Assembly: GCA_035510575.1 (NCBI GenBank)
Contig: DATKGV010000004.1
Location: forward strand, 6,839-70,838
Origin: Minisyncoccota bacterium
Lineage (GTDB): Bacteria > Patescibacteriota > Minisyncoccia > Phycocordibacterales > UBA9973
DNA length: 64,000 nucleotides
Direction: 5' to 3'
Positions within the stretch are counted from its first letter, which is position 1, and each line of letters starts with the position of its first letter. Below, piece after piece: positions 38,707-49,951 of this stretch. Below the pieces are notes generated by a model, which worked only from the letters and a program-made list of their open reading frames with translations, made no database searches and was not told where the DNA came from. The translations under genes were made by a program, and so were the position numbers.

Positions 38707-39480
38707 TTATTTTTTATGCAAATAATATTTTCTTTTAGCTTCAGGCAATCTTTCTATTGCGTAGCGGAGCATGGTGCGGGACATGTTTTTAATATTGGAA
38801 TCTAGAAATTTTATGAGTTCTTTTTCAGACACTCTTTTCCCTACTTCGCGAAGCATCCAGCCACAGGCCTTTTTAATCAAGTCGTGTTTGTCTTTCATCA
38901 AGATTTTTACAATCTTAAAAGTCCATTTATACCCGCCCGCATCGCCTTGTGAAGCATGGCGGGCAGGTTCCCCTTTGTAAATAAAAGCAAACGTAGAAAT
39001 AATTGCAATTCTTTTCTCCCAAAGATTTTTTGAATTGGCAAGTTTCTCAAGGACGGTCCTTGGGGAAACTCTCTTAATGACCGTCCTTTTGTACAAATAA
39101 TCCCCAACAATATAACCAGCTGATAAATCAACCAAATCCCAATTATTTATATATTTCGTATGCGATAAATAAAAATCACAAATCTGCTTACCCCATAGGT
39201 CTTGCCTATGGGGTTGTCTAGTTTTATATTTATGAACTAATATTAAAAGCGCTACTAGTCGTGCCTCATGATATTTATTTTTTATAAGTTTTGAAACATC
39301 AGAAAGCGCAAGCTCGCCGTATTTTACGGCGAGCTTGCGCGATTCCGGAACTGCAATTCCCAAGAAAAAATCGCCTTTTCCATATTCCCCTTTGCCTGTC
39401 TTAAAAAATCCGGATAATATGCGAGCTTTCTCCGGATTGGCTTTCACTTTTAATTCCTTGAGAAGATCATACAAAAGCAT
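38707..39480 (-). CDS. AlkD-like DNA alkylation repair protein, with several palindromic inserts
   Basis: FFKTG.GEYG.GD.FLG, NNWDLVD, KACGWMLRE.GK, RTMLRYAIE motifs. Confidence 0.9.
   Translation of the reverse strand: MLLYDLLKELKVKANPEKARILSGFFKTGKGEYGKGDFFLGIAVPESRKLAVKYGELALSDVSKLIKNKYHEARLVALLILVHKYKTRQPHRQDLWGKQICDFYLSHTKYINNWDLVDLSAGYIVGDYLYKRTVIKRVSPRTVLEKLANSKNLWEKRIAIISTFAFIYKGEPARHASQGDAGGYKWTFKIVKILMKDKHDLIKKACGWMLREVGKRVSEKELIKFLDSNIKNMSRTMLRYAIERLPEAKRKYYLHKK
38932..38967 (-). repeat. 36-nt CCTGCCCGCC...GGCGGG element, in-frame
   Basis: Encodes PARHASQGDAGG; close to 45233-45268. Confidence 0.9.
39048..39089. repeat. Pair of AAGGAC-N-GTCCTT palindromes, in-frame
   Basis: caaggacggtccttg and a degenerate aatgaccgtccttt. 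Confidence 0.6.
39191..39213. repeat. TAGG-N5-CCTA palindrome, in-frame
   Basis: ccccatagg-tcttg-cctatgggg; encodes PHRQDLWG. Confidence 0.8.
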
Positions 39481-39494
39481 GATTTTAATTCATT

Positions 39495-39941
39495 TTAAAT
39501 TCTATATTTCTTATTTCTCCATTTATCGGCAATTTTGACTCGAGTTAGAGATCGTTCAAGCTCAGTCGTGAAATGCTCAAGATCGACAATTTCCTTATTT
39601 TCAGCTTGTTTTCTTAATTCTTCGGCGCGAGCTTTTGCGCGAGCTATGGCTTCGTCGGAAAGCTCCGAGACATGCTCCGCGAAATCCGCAAGCACTGTGA
39701 CAGTGGTATGGCCATTGTCTCCTTTTTTGACTTCTATTGCTCCTCCAACGACTGCCATGGGAATATGCTCGCCATCCGATATTGCCACAATATCCCCGGA
39801 AGCAAGCTCGGCAATCATAGGTACGTGATCGGCAAGCACGGACACTTCTCCTTCGGTAGTTGGCATAACCACGACGTCAACCATTTCATCAAGAATTAGT
39901 TTTTCCGGCGTTACAATTTTAAGTTCTAATTTTTTTGACAT
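39495..39941 (-). CDS. atpC: ATP synthase epsilon subunit
   Basis: IVTPEK and GEVSVLADH motifs; operon position. Confidence 0.93.
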   Translation of the reverse strand: MSKKLELKIVTPEKLILDEMVDVVVMPTTEGEVSVLADHVPMIAELASGDIVAISDGEHIPMAVVGGAIEVKKGDNGHTTVTVLADFAEHVSELSDEAIARAKARAEELRKQAENKEIVDLEHFTTELERSLTRVKIADKWRNKKYRI

Positions 39942-39944
39942 AAT

Positions 39945-41339
<1,395 letters not shown>

Positions 41340-41358
41340 TTATAATTTTAACTAATAA

Positions 41359-42339
41359 TTAATTCACGCTTGCCATGCCTGCGCTTATTTCCGATATCTC
41401 TTGAGTAATGCCGGCTTGGCGGGCCTTATTAAACACCAGAGTCAAATCGCTTATCATCTCGCCTGCAGCATCCGTCGCATTCTTCATGGCGACCATTCTG
41501 GACGATTGCTCGGAAGCGCTTGATTCAAGCGTCATTTGATAAATCTGAGTTCGGATAATCTTTTCAGCCAATGATTCCACAAGCGCCACTGCATCTCCTT
41601 CAAATATATACGGCGTTTCTGAATTTTCTCTCTTTTCAGACCCCTCCTCAGTCCTCCCCTTATCAAGGGGAGGAAGAACTTCATTGATTGTGTCAATCAA
41701 TTCTTTTATTTCCTGTTTTGATATCGGCAGAAGCTTGCGCATATTTGCTTTCTGATTTAGCGCCGATATGAAATCAGTATATGCCACAAAAATATCCTTA
41801 TATTCCCCTTTTTTATATTCGTCAACAATAAGCTTCGAGAGAGGAACAATATCAAAAAGAGTTTTATTGTCGGGAATATCAACAAATGAAGCTATAACAT
41901 TCTGCCCGGTACGGCGCATAGCGCCATCGCCTTTTTTGCCAACAGTTATGATATCAACTTTTATTTCCTTCCCCGACACCTGGTGTAGGGGAGTTTCCCC
42001 GACACCAGGTGTAGGGGAAATTTTCGTTTTTAACATACTAATAGCTTTTTTTATAACTTGAGTATTATAGGCCCCGCAAAGTCCGGTATTGGAAGTTATG
42101 AGAATAAGCAAAGTTTTGCCTTCTTTTTTTTCCATAAAAAATGGGTGGTTTATATCATCCAACCGCACAGAAAGCGAAGTTAAAACATTCCAAGAATAAG
42201 TCGCATATAATCTGGAAGCAAGAGCGCTCGAGACCGCGCGCCTCATCTTGGAAGCCGCCACGAGCTCCATGGCTTTCGTGATTTTTTTCGTGTTCTTCAC
42301 GCTTTTTATTCGCTGTTTGATTTCTTTTGTGCTTGCCAT
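41359..42339 (-). CDS. atpG: ATP synthase gamma subunit
   Basis: KITKAMELVAASK, GLCGAYN, RMVAMKNAT, RQAGITQEISEI motifs. Confidence 0.97.
   Translation of the reverse strand: MASTKEIKQRIKSVKNTKKITKAMELVAASKMRRAVSSALASRLYATYSWNVLTSLSVRLDDINHPFFMEKKEGKTLLILITSNTGLCGAYNTQVIKKAISMLKTKISPTPGVGETPLHQVSGKEIKVDIITVGKKGDGAMRRTGQNVIASFVDIPDNKTLFDIVPLSKLIVDEYKKGEYKDIFVAYTDFISALNQKANMRKLLPISKQEIKELIDTINEVLPPLDKGRTEEGSEKRENSETPYIFEGDAVALVESLAEKIIRTQIYQMTLESSASEQSSRMVAMKNATDAAGEMISDLTLVFNKARQAGITQEISEISAGMASVN
41641..41674. repeat. CCTCCCCTT-N3-AAGGGGAGG hairpin element, in-frame in atpG
   Basis: cccctcctcag-tcctcccctt-atc-aaggggagga; encodes LPPLDKGRTEEG. Confidence 0.7.
41969..42020. repeat. Tandem pair of CCCCGACACC-W-GGTGTAGGGG palindromes, in-frame in atpG
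   Basis: Two copies differing only at the central base; encode SPTPGVGETPLHQVSGK. Confidence 0.85.
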
Positions 42340-42344
42340 AAATA

Positions 42345-43847
42345 TTATTTATTAAAAGAATTTTTGAATTCTGTAATCGCTTTTTTGAGCGAGTTTTCTG
42401 ATTCATCGGTCCACATTTTTTTCTCTACGATATCTCTGTAAAAATCTTTAGCATGGCGTTCCGTATAGTCCAGAAGTCCAGTTTCAAATTCCTTGATTTT
42501 TTCGACTGGCACATCATCAAGATAGCCCTTTACAAGAGCATATAGCGTGACCACTTGGCGTTCTATAACTACGGGAGCATATTGGGGCTGCTTGAGAACT
42601 TCCACGGATCTCTTTCCGCGTTCAAGCTGCCGTTTGGTATTTTCATCAAGGTCAGAACCAAATTGGGAGAACACTTCAAGTTCGCGGAATTGAGCAAGAT
42701 CAAGCTTAAGCGTGCCCGCAATTTTTTTCATAGCTTTAATCTGCGCCGATGAGCCGACGCGGGAAACAGACAACCCGACATTTACCGCCGGACGGATGCC
42801 TTTGTAGAAAAGATCTGTTTCAAGGAAAATTTGCCCGTCAGTAATGGAAATAACATTCGTGGGAATATACGCAGACACGTCGCCAGCTTGCGTTTCAATA
42901 ATTGGAAGCGCTGTGATTGATCCGCCGCCATATTCCTTGTTTCTTCGGCAGGCGCGTTCAAGCAGGCGCGAATGCAAGTAAAAAACGTCGCCAGGATAGG
43001 CCTCACGTCCCGGCGGACGGCGAAGGAGGAGAGAAATCTCGCGATAAGCGACAGCATGCTTGGAAAGATCATCGTAAATAATCAGCACATCCTTGCCTTG
43101 ATCCATGAAATACTCAGCGATGGACACTCCGGTATAAGGAGCGATGTATGCGAGGGCCGCCGGCTCTGAAGCTCCAGCTGAAATAATAATCGTATAATCC
43201 ATAGCGCCTCCCTCCTCCAAGCGGGCTTGCAGTTTGCGAAGCTTGGAGTCCTTCTGGCCGATAGAAACATAGACGCAAATAATATTCTGGCCTTTTTGAT
43301 TCAAAATCGTATCTATGGCAATGGCGGTCTTGCCTGTCTGCCTGTCGCCTATTAGAAGTTCGCGCTGTCCGCGGCCGATCGGAATAAGCGCATCAATCGC
43401 CTTAATTCCCGTAATTACCGGCTGATCAACGGAAAGACGCGTCACCACGCCCGGAGCAACTTTTTCAATGGGATTTGTTTTATCTGTTTTGATGTCGCCT
43501 TTGCCATCTATAGGAGAGCCAAGAGCATTTAACACACGGCCTATTTCAGAATCAGATACGGGCACGGATAGTATGCGGCCTGTAGCTTTCACTTCCTCGC
43601 CTTCCTTAATATTGAAAAAATCTCCAAGAACAATGACGCCGACAGAATCTTCATCCAGATTAAGCGCCACCCCCATAGACCCGGATGCGAAACTTACCAT
43701 TTCAGACGCCTTTAAATCAGAGAGTCCTGAAACGCGGGCTATGCCATCGAACACTTCTATGACATGACCGACTTTCTCCGCCTTGGCAACGGCTTGGAAT
43801 TTCTCAATCTGTTTTCTTAAATTTTCTACAATGTGATTCTTTGTCAT
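42345..43847 (-). CDS. atpA: ATP synthase alpha subunit
   Basis: GDRQTGKT and [23 protein letters not shown] motifs. Confidence 0.98.
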   Translation of the reverse strand: MTKNHIVENLRKQIEKFQAVAKAEKVGHVIEVFDGIARVSGLSDLKASEMVSFASGSMGVALNLDEDSVGVIVLGDFFNIKEGEEVKATGRILSVPVSDSEIGRVLNALGSPIDGKGDIKTDKTNPIEKVAPGVVTRLSVDQPVITGIKAIDALIPIGRGQRELLIGDRQTGKTAIAIDTILNQKGQNIICVYVSIGQKDSKLRKLQARLEEGGAMDYTIIISAGASEPAALAYIAPYTGVSIAEYFMDQGKDVLIIYDDLSKHAVAYREISLLLRRPPGREAYPGDVFYLHSRLLERACRRNKEYGGGSITALPIIETQAGDVSAYIPTNVISITDGQIFLETDLFYKGIRPAVNVGLSVSRVGSSAQIKAMKKIAGTLKLDLAQFRELEVFSQFGSDLDENTKRQLERGKRSVEVLKQPQYAPVVIERQVVTLYALVKGYLDDVPVEKIKEFETGLLDYTERHAKDFYRDIVEKKMWTDESENSLKKAITEFKNSFNK

Positions 43848-43848
43848 A

Positions 43849-44256
43849 TTAATTTGTATTTAAATAATTTTGTAATTGGCCTATTTTATTTGAAAGCGTC
43901 ATGTCTATAACTTCATCTCCAACTTCTATCTTGATTCCGCCCAGCAATTTTTTATCTTCAATATAAGTTGGGATTATTTCTTTGGCCTTGTAGCGCTTCT
44001 TCAATAATTCTTCTACCGCATCAGTTATCTTTTTATCCGTCTTTGTCCGAGTGCTGACGCGAGCCCGTACTATACCATTATCTTCATCTATGATATTCTC
44101 AAGTTTATCTAATATAAGATTTGATTTGCCAAGCATATGCTTCTCCGCAAGCAAGCAAGCCGCATTTTCCATAAGCGCGTCAAGATCTTCTCCAGTTTTT
44201 CCTTTGGAGGAATCATATATTGCCTGAGCTAGATTGTTGATAGAAATAATTGGCAT
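43849..44256 (-). CDS. atpH: ATP synthase delta subunit (short)
   Basis: D..LLGGIKI.VGDEVID motif; operon position. Confidence 0.88.
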   Translation of the reverse strand: MPIISINNLAQAIYDSSKGKTGEDLDALMENAACLLAEKHMLGKSNLILDKLENIIDEDNGIVRARVSTRTKTDKKITDAVEELLKKRYKAKEIIPTYIEDKKLLGGIKIEVGDEVIDMTLSNKIGQLQNYLNTN

Positions 44257-44262
44257 AATGTT

Positions 44263-44754
44263 TTATATATTTTTCATATTCTTCAAAGTTTTTGCGTCGT
44301 ACGACTCATCGGTATTTGATTCAAGTAATTTTTCAGTCGCTTTAACCACCAAAGAAACGATTTCTTTTTTTGCCTCCTCCATCATTTTGACTTTTTCGAC
44401 TTCGAGAATCTTCTTGCCATTTATAATCATGGCCTCAATTTCATGATTGGCTTTTGAAATCATATCGGCTTTGTTCGCTTCGGCCTCATGCTTCCCCTGC
44501 TCGAATATATCGCGGGCCAGAGCGCGGGCTTTATTTAAAATATCGTCATATTCCTTGCGAGTTTTTTGGATAAGCTCGGCATTGGCTTTGGCATCGGCAA
44601 GACCGTTCTCTATGCGCTGCTGCCTGTCGGACATTAATTTCTTAAGGGGCTTGAGAGCAAAAAGATATAAAACCAAAAAAACAATGCCGAAATTTACCGC
44701 TTGAGCGACGATTATTTTCCAATCTATGTGAAATGTAGCTATAAGTGAATCCAT
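44263..44754 (-). CDS. atpF: ATP synthase subunit b
   Basis: AQAVNF TM helix, KP....RQQRI..GL..A coiled coil. Confidence 0.93.
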   Translation of the reverse strand: MDSLIATFHIDWKIIVAQAVNFGIVFLVLYLFALKPLKKLMSDRQQRIENGLADAKANAELIQKTRKEYDDILNKARALARDIFEQGKHEAEANKADMISKANHEIEAMIINGKKILEVEKVKMMEEAKKEIVSLVVKATEKLLESNTDESYDAKTLKNMKNI

Positions 44755-44852
44755 GAATTAGTTTTTAGTGATTAGTTTATAGTTTTTATATAATTAGTTG
44801 CTAGCGCCTAGGCGCTAGTTTTCACTAGAACCTAGAAACTAGAACCCAATTG

Positions 44853-45080
<228 letters not shown>

Positions 45081-45120
45081 TTATTAATAATATCGACTTT
45101 AATTTTATAAAAATAACTCC

Positions 45121-45200
45121 ATAAAAGATTGTTTTTACAAAAGTCCTCGGATCTCCTCGCGATTACACTCGGCCAGACTTTCCTAAAAACAATCTTTTAT
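45121..45200 (-). repeat. About 80-nt stem-loop element, same core as the two uvrC copies
   Basis: Core is the reverse complement of gtctggccgag(t/c)gtaatcgcgaggagatccgaggac; 17-bp outer stem. Confidence 0.85.
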
Positions 45201-46108
45201 TACGTTACCATCATTTCCTTTTTTACATGTTCCCCGCCTGCATTGTCTTGCAAAGCATGGCGGGCAGGATGCTCTTCATGTTCATCATGATCTTGCGAAG
45301 CTATTGTAAAGTACACAAGCACTAAGATCGCAAAAATGAATGCCTGTATCACTCCCACAAAGATCTCAAGGAACAAGAACGGTATAGGAAGACCATATGC
45401 CAAAAGAGCGCTCATAGATACCAGAAGCACTTCGCCGGCAAAGACGTTCCCGAATAATCGGAACGAGAGCGAAGCAACCTTGGCAAATTCACCAATAAGC
45501 TCAAGCAAGCCCACAAAGAAAGTGACTGGAGCGACAATGATTATCATCGGATCTCGGCGAATATTGGTGAAAATGCCGCCAAGCGCCTTTATATTAACAT
45601 ATTTATTGAATGTTTTCCAAGCTCCGATGGAAACTATGCCGAATATATTGGCGCTTATAACAGACATTAATGATAAAGCCAAAGTTGTATTTATATCTGC
45701 CGTACCGCTTCGAATAAATGGCACAAAGGACAGGCCTTCACCGCCCTTCTCAATAAGGCCCAAGCCGCCTAATGGCAATATGCCCAGCCAATTATTTACA
45801 AGCACAAACATGAAAATTGAGAATGCCAATGGAAAAACTTTATTGGAAATCTTTCTGCTCCCGGTAACCTGATCACAAAGAGAAAGAGCGCCTTCAAGCA
45901 TGATTTCAAAAAAATTCTGAATGCCTTTCGGAATTTCTTTTAATTTAAAACGTATTCCCATAACCAATATAATTATAAAAAGAACGGCAGCCCAACTGGT
46001 TAAAAGCGCATTGGTAACGGGAAGAGGCCCGATATGCGCGACTGGCTCTGCATAAAGAGTAACTTCATGCGAAACTTCTGTTTGATTTTCATTAATTTGA
46101 TTTTCCAT
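45200..46108 (-). CDS. atpB: ATP synthase subunit a
   Basis: NNWLG, TADIN, SLSFRLFGNVFAGE, IQAFIF motifs. Confidence 0.96.
   Translation of the reverse strand: MENQINENQTEVSHEVTLYAEPVAHIGPLPVTNALLTSWAAVLFIIILVMGIRFKLKEIPKGIQNFFEIMLEGALSLCDQVTGSRKISNKVFPLAFSIFMFVLVNNWLGILPLGGLGLIEKGGEGLSFVPFIRSGTADINTTLALSLMSVISANIFGIVSIGAWKTFNKYVNIKALGGIFTNIRRDPMIIIVAPVTFFVGLLELIGEFAKVASLSFRLFGNVFAGEVLLVSMSALLAYGLPIPFLFLEIFVGVIQAFIFAILVLVYFTIASQDHDEHEEHPARHALQDNAGGEHVKKEMMVT
45233..45268 (-). repeat. 36-nt CCTGCCCGCC...GGCGGG element, in-frame in the atpB tail
   Basis: Encodes PARHALQDNAGG. Confidence 0.9.
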
Positions 46109-46376
46109 TTTTCTCTTTTTTTTCTGTCTGCGCAGGCAGGTCCTTTTCAATATTGTGAATATAATCCAATGAAATTTTCGCCAGGGCTACTATAGAAATA
46201 ATAAATCCCAAAATTGTCATTCCAATAAACATCCATGGATCGGTGCCATAACGCTTGTCCAAATATTTGCCTATAAATAACGCGCAGATTACAGGTACGG
46301 CAATCCAGATCGAGGACTTGGCAAACATTATCAGCGCCGGTTCCCACCAAGCTCTGTTTTTTTTGTTATTTTCCAT
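46092..46376 (-). CDS. AtpZ/AtpI-family protein
   Basis: G.YLD..YGT.PW motif, two TM helices, first gene of the atp operon; carries a short CCTGCCTGCGCAGACAG element at 46123-46140. Confidence 0.85.
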   Translation of the reverse strand: MENNKKNRAWWEPALIMFAKSSIWIAVPVICALFIGKYLDKRYGTDPWMFIGMTILGFIISIVALAKISLDYIHNIEKDLPAQTEKKEKNGKSN

Positions 46377-46455
46377 AAAAATAAAACGGCTTGCGCCGCC
46401 TATAATCTACCAAATAATTGCGGTTTTTTCAAGTTTTTGTTATATTGGCGGATAT

Positions 46456-46527
46456 GCGTGTGTAGTTCAGTGGTAGAACGCTGTCCTGATAAGACAGAGG
46501 CCGTAGGTCCGATTCCTACCACACGCA
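46456..46527 (+). tRNA. tRNA-Ile(GAT)
   Basis: Acceptor GCGTGTG/CACACGC; anticodon arm CTGTC-CT GAT AA-GACAG; T arm GTAGG-TCCGATT-CCTAC. Confidence 0.93.
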
Positions 46528-46532
46528 CAAAC

Positions 46533-46565
46533 AAAAATCCCCTGCTCTTGCGAGTGGGGATTTTT
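46533..46565. terminator. Bidirectional terminator
   Basis: aaaaatcccc...ggggattttt between the convergent tRNA and RRM genes. Confidence 0.7.
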
Positions 46566-46580
46566 GCTAGAAAATTTTAT

Positions 46581-46865
46581 TTATCTATTTCCGCGGAAAC
46601 CGCCCGCTGGGCGCTCTTCCATGGGACGAGCTTCGTTCACAGTAAGATTGCGACCTTCGTAATCCTTACCGTCAAACATTGAGATAGCTTTCGCAGCATC
46701 GGAATCATTTTCCATTTCTACGAAACCAAAGCCCTTTGAACGACCGGTCATCTTATCCATAATAATAGTTGCTGATGCAACTTGACCTGCAGCCTCAAAG
46801 TGAGACTTCAGTTCGTCATTGGTCGTCTTGTAAGGAAGACCGCCGACATATAACTTTTTTGCCAT
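46581..46865 (-). CDS. RRM (RNP-1) RNA-binding protein
   Basis: KLYVGGL, RSKGFGFVEM, LTVNEARP motifs. Confidence 0.93.
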   Translation of the reverse strand: MAKKLYVGGLPYKTTNDELKSHFEAAGQVASATIIMDKMTGRSKGFGFVEMENDSDAAKAISMFDGKDYEGRNLTVNEARPMEERPAGGFRGNR

Positions 46866-47105
46866 ATATGACAATGTGCTTCTCGCGAGCGTACTTTCAT
46901 ACACGCGCTTGAAGAAAACTAATTTATAAATGTAATCGCATAGGCCGATTTTCATTTACATACTCAATGTTTAAAGCAACGAATATGAAACAAATACCAA
47001 AACATAAGCTAACTACTGGGAGCGATTATAGCAGACATCAGGAAATATAGCAAGGACTTTATAAATTAAGCTTTATTCCCTATATATCAAATTTCCCTTT
47101 ACACC

Positions 47106-47134
47106 TTGACTTATCTATCTAAAAGTGATATAAT
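47106..47134 (+). promoter_or_regulatory. Sigma70 promoter
   Basis: TTGACT-17 nt-TATAAT. Confidence 0.65.
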
Positions 47135-47201
47135 GTGAGCAAGAAAATTCATTGAAATAATAATATAAAATAAATAAAAACAGCCAAGGAGGGCTGACAA
47201 A

Positions 47202-48155
47202 ATGGCAAAAATTATTGTTCCATCAACGAAAACACCTGAGTATATTGTTCCAATTTTATTGGCAATAATGATAGGGTTAGGAATACTTCTCTGTTTATTT
47301 CTTGGACTCGGAAAATGGGGGCTGCTTATTCTTTTAGCATGCTTAGCTTCTACTACTTCCCTTTATACGGAGAGTAACATTCCAGCATTCCATGCAATTA
47401 TTATTTTAAATATATTTACGGGTAAAATGCGTACTGCTTTCTCGGGAGTAAATTTTAAACTCCCCTGGGAAAAAGTACAACATGAAGCTGAAGAGAAAAA
47501 ATATATTGATTTAAGAGTTGATCTTAAAGAGGTGTGTGAGGAAACTTATGCATCATCAGATGCATTAATGGAAGTAAAATATGTTTACACCATCAGACCA
47601 GATATTTCAGAGGATGATGAAGATGAAAAAGATGCTGGAGAAAAAATTCTTTTGTTTTCATCTTTTGAACCTTCTGCCATAAAATCAAAGGGGCGCGCAT
47701 TATTTTCAATGCTTCTTTCAGATTATTATGGTCGTAATCCTGGAGAGAAACTTCTAAATAAAGCATTAATAAATAAAGAAATTTTTGGTGATGATGAGCA
47801 AAAACCAAAACAGCCCATTTTGGAGTTCGAAAAAAATCATGGCGTTCAAGTCACTGTGCGTCTTGAAGACAGCGACTTTGATAAGGCTACTCAGAAATTC
47901 CGCGATATGATTTCAGGAGCGAAGTCAATTGATCAAGCTATAGTAGCTCTTATGACAGACACAAAACTTCCAGACGGAACTATTATCAAAGGAATGGAGA
48001 GACCTCAAGCTGAAAAAGTTGTAAAGCTTATGAATCTTGATGGTTATAAAGAACAGGACTTTAATTTGAATGTTACTGCTCCTGATCTGAAAAATGTTAG
48101 AGATATAACCGTTCTTGGAGGATTGGCTGAAGAAAAGAAAGGAGGTAAAAAATGA
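47202..48155 (+). CDS. Membrane protein, possibly SPFH/band-7-like
   Basis: Two N-terminal TM helices, G.NFKLPWE motif; GGAGG RBS. Confidence 0.55.
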   Translation: MAKIIVPSTKTPEYIVPILLAIMIGLGILLCLFLGLGKWGLLILLACLASTTSLYTESNIPAFHAIIILNIFTGKMRTAFSGVNFKLPWEKVQHEAEEKKYIDLRVDLKEVCEETYASSDALMEVKYVYTIRPDISEDDEDEKDAGEKILLFSSFEPSAIKSKGRALFSMLLSDYYGRNPGEKLLNKALINKEIFGDDEQKPKQPILEFEKNHGVQVTVRLEDSDFDKATQKFRDMISGAKSIDQAIVALMTDTKLPDGTIIKGMERPQAEKVVKLMNLDGYKEQDFNLNVTAPDLKNVRDITVLGGLAEEKKGGKK

Positions 48156-48619
48156 GTACTGTTAAAATAAAATCGGAGAATACGACTATAAAATGGATCT
48201 TTTGGGGAATATTTTTTGTTGTTTTATTATTTATTATAAACTCAGGAATTAAATCTTGTAATAGGGATGGTAATTCCAAAAAAGATAACAGTAGTAATAC
48301 TAATAAAATAGAACAACCGGAACTCATCACTATGCCTCCGCATGATGCAATGGTCATAAAGATTAATAGTTCGTTGTCTAATGGCACAATCATGCCGGCA
48401 GGTTACAATACAATTTTTGATTGTAATCAACCATATCAAGTAGTTGATCAAAATGGCAAGACCTATGATGGCGAAATTGGTAAAGATGTAAACATAGGAT
48501 TCCTTTACTCTTATGAATCAACGGCTAATCTTTTATTGCGATTTCGAACTAGAAATGGTGCTAAAACTGAAATGAGAATTTCTTTTATACCACTTACTAT
48601 TAAAAATCCTGCAAGATAA
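48152..48619 (+). CDS. Membrane-anchored hypothetical protein
   Basis: One TM helix; start overlaps the upstream stop; GGAGG RBS. Confidence 0.65.
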   Translation: MSTVKIKSENTTIKWIFWGIFFVVLLFIINSGIKSCNRDGNSKKDNSSNTNKIEQPELITMPPHDAMVIKINSSLSNGTIMPAGYNTIFDCNQPYQVVDQNGKTYDGEIGKDVNIGFLYSYESTANLLLRFRTRNGAKTEMRISFIPLTIKNPAR

Positions 48620-48630
48620 AGAAATAAATC

Positions 48631-48671
48631 AAAAGCGCCCGGATGGACTTATTCATCAGAGCGCTTTTTTT
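48631..48671. terminator. Terminator hairpin
   Basis: aaaagcgc...gcgctttttt. Confidence 0.55.
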
Positions 48672-48687
48672 ATGCCTTTTATATTTT

Positions 48688-49005
48688 CTACTGGCCTACC
48701 GTATAATTTCCACTGCTGTCTATTTTAATTTTATTCTCTCCGAAAGTGCCTAAAATTAAATTCATGATTCCAAAAACCGCCACCATGATGAACAGTCCGA
48801 CGATTCCCCAGAGCATATGCGACTTGCTGCTTTTGCGGATTTCTTCATTATCTGGCGATAATAGATATTGTGCAAGACCATATAAGAAGTAAACCATCGA
48901 TAAGGCGAATAAAAAGTAGATGATAGGATTGATGACAACCTTATCAATACTTTTCATAAGCGTTACTACGCTTGCTTCCGCGACTGGAATAATCTGAAAA
49001 TTCAT
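48688..49005 (-). CDS. CPR pilin-like (VirB2/TrbC-type) membrane protein
   Basis: TM-G..Y...E..RK.SK..MLWGIVGLFIM pattern. Confidence 0.75.
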   Translation of the reverse strand: MNFQIIPVAEASVVTLMKSIDKVVINPIIYFLFALSMVYFLYGLAQYLLSPDNEEIRKSSKSHMLWGIVGLFIMVAVFGIMNLILGTFGENKIKIDSSGNYTVGQ

Positions 49006-49017
49006 ATCAACAATATG

Positions 49018-49374
49018 CTAGCAAGTTACGCCAGGACCAGGAATACAAGGAATAGCGCCTGGATTCAATTGTTCCGAGCCAACTCCGAAAGTAGTGGTAA
49101 TAAGGCGGATAATGCCCCAGAATGCTATTATAATGAATAATCCAATAAGACCATTGATTATCATACCGCGAGCAGCTTTCTTCTTTTCTTCATCTCCTGC
49201 AACAAGATATTGAATAACACCCCAGATAAACCAAACAACTGCTAAACTGATCAATATAGGAATTATAGTATTCAAAATCTGATTTATAGTCGTAAGAATA
49301 CTAAACGCATTCGCCGCAAGGGCGAAGAATGGAACCGACCCTATAACAATACCTAATGAAATGACTTTTTTCAT
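49018..49374 (-). CDS. CPR pilin-like (VirB2/TrbC-type) membrane protein
   Basis: Signal peptide; FIWGVIQY...GDEEKK..AR..II.GLIGLF pattern. Confidence 0.8.
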   Translation of the reverse strand: MKKVISLGIVIGSVPFFALAANAFSILTTINQILNTIIPILISLAVVWFIWGVIQYLVAGDEEKKKAARGMIINGLIGLFIIIAFWGIIRLITTTFGVGSEQLNPGAIPCIPGPGVTC

Positions 49375-49486
49375 AAATGACTATTTTTATTTAAAATTAA
49401 GCGACCTGATAATAATAATTGCACCTACTCCAGCACTTTTTTACTACCTGCATTATATCACAAAAAAACATATTGCGAGCAATGCC

Positions 49487-49951
49487 CTACTGTGAAAGCT
49501 GTGGAATGAGAGTTTTAATGCCGAATGTATTAGAGAAAACCCCAACCAATCCCCACATACTTATCATTACGAACAAAGCAATCAAACCCCATATCATATA
49601 GCTTTTCCCGGACTTGCGTTTCTCTTCATTGTCGGGATTTAGGAAATACTTGATTATTCCCCAAATAAATGCGGCTGTAGCGAGAGTGAATAAAAACGGT
49701 ACCACTGATTTTATTAGCGTACAGCTGAAAAAATTGAAAACATTGCCTATACTTGTAAAACTTATATTGCTGCAAACATCTGGATTTTGTATGCCTGTAT
49801 TCACATACATATTGCCAGTAGTACCACCAGGACAATCGGCCTCACCCGGACATATAGCTCTCACAGTAGAAAAAGGTGGCATTGTGACTGAAAAAACAAA
49901 AAGTATTGAAAGCGATAAAAATACAGTTATTGTTTTATTTACTATATTCAT
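49487..49951 (-). CDS. CPR pilin-like (VirB2/TrbC-type) membrane protein
   Basis: FIWGIIKY...NEEKRKSGK..MIWGLIALF pattern. Confidence 0.8.
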   Translation of the reverse strand: MNIVNKTITVFLSLSILFVFSVTMPPFSTVRAICPGEADCPGGTTGNMYVNTGIQNPDVCSNISFTSIGNVFNFFSCTLIKSVVPFLFTLATAAFIWGIIKYFLNPDNEEKRKSGKSYMIWGLIALFVMISMWGLVGVFSNTFGIKTLIPQLSQ

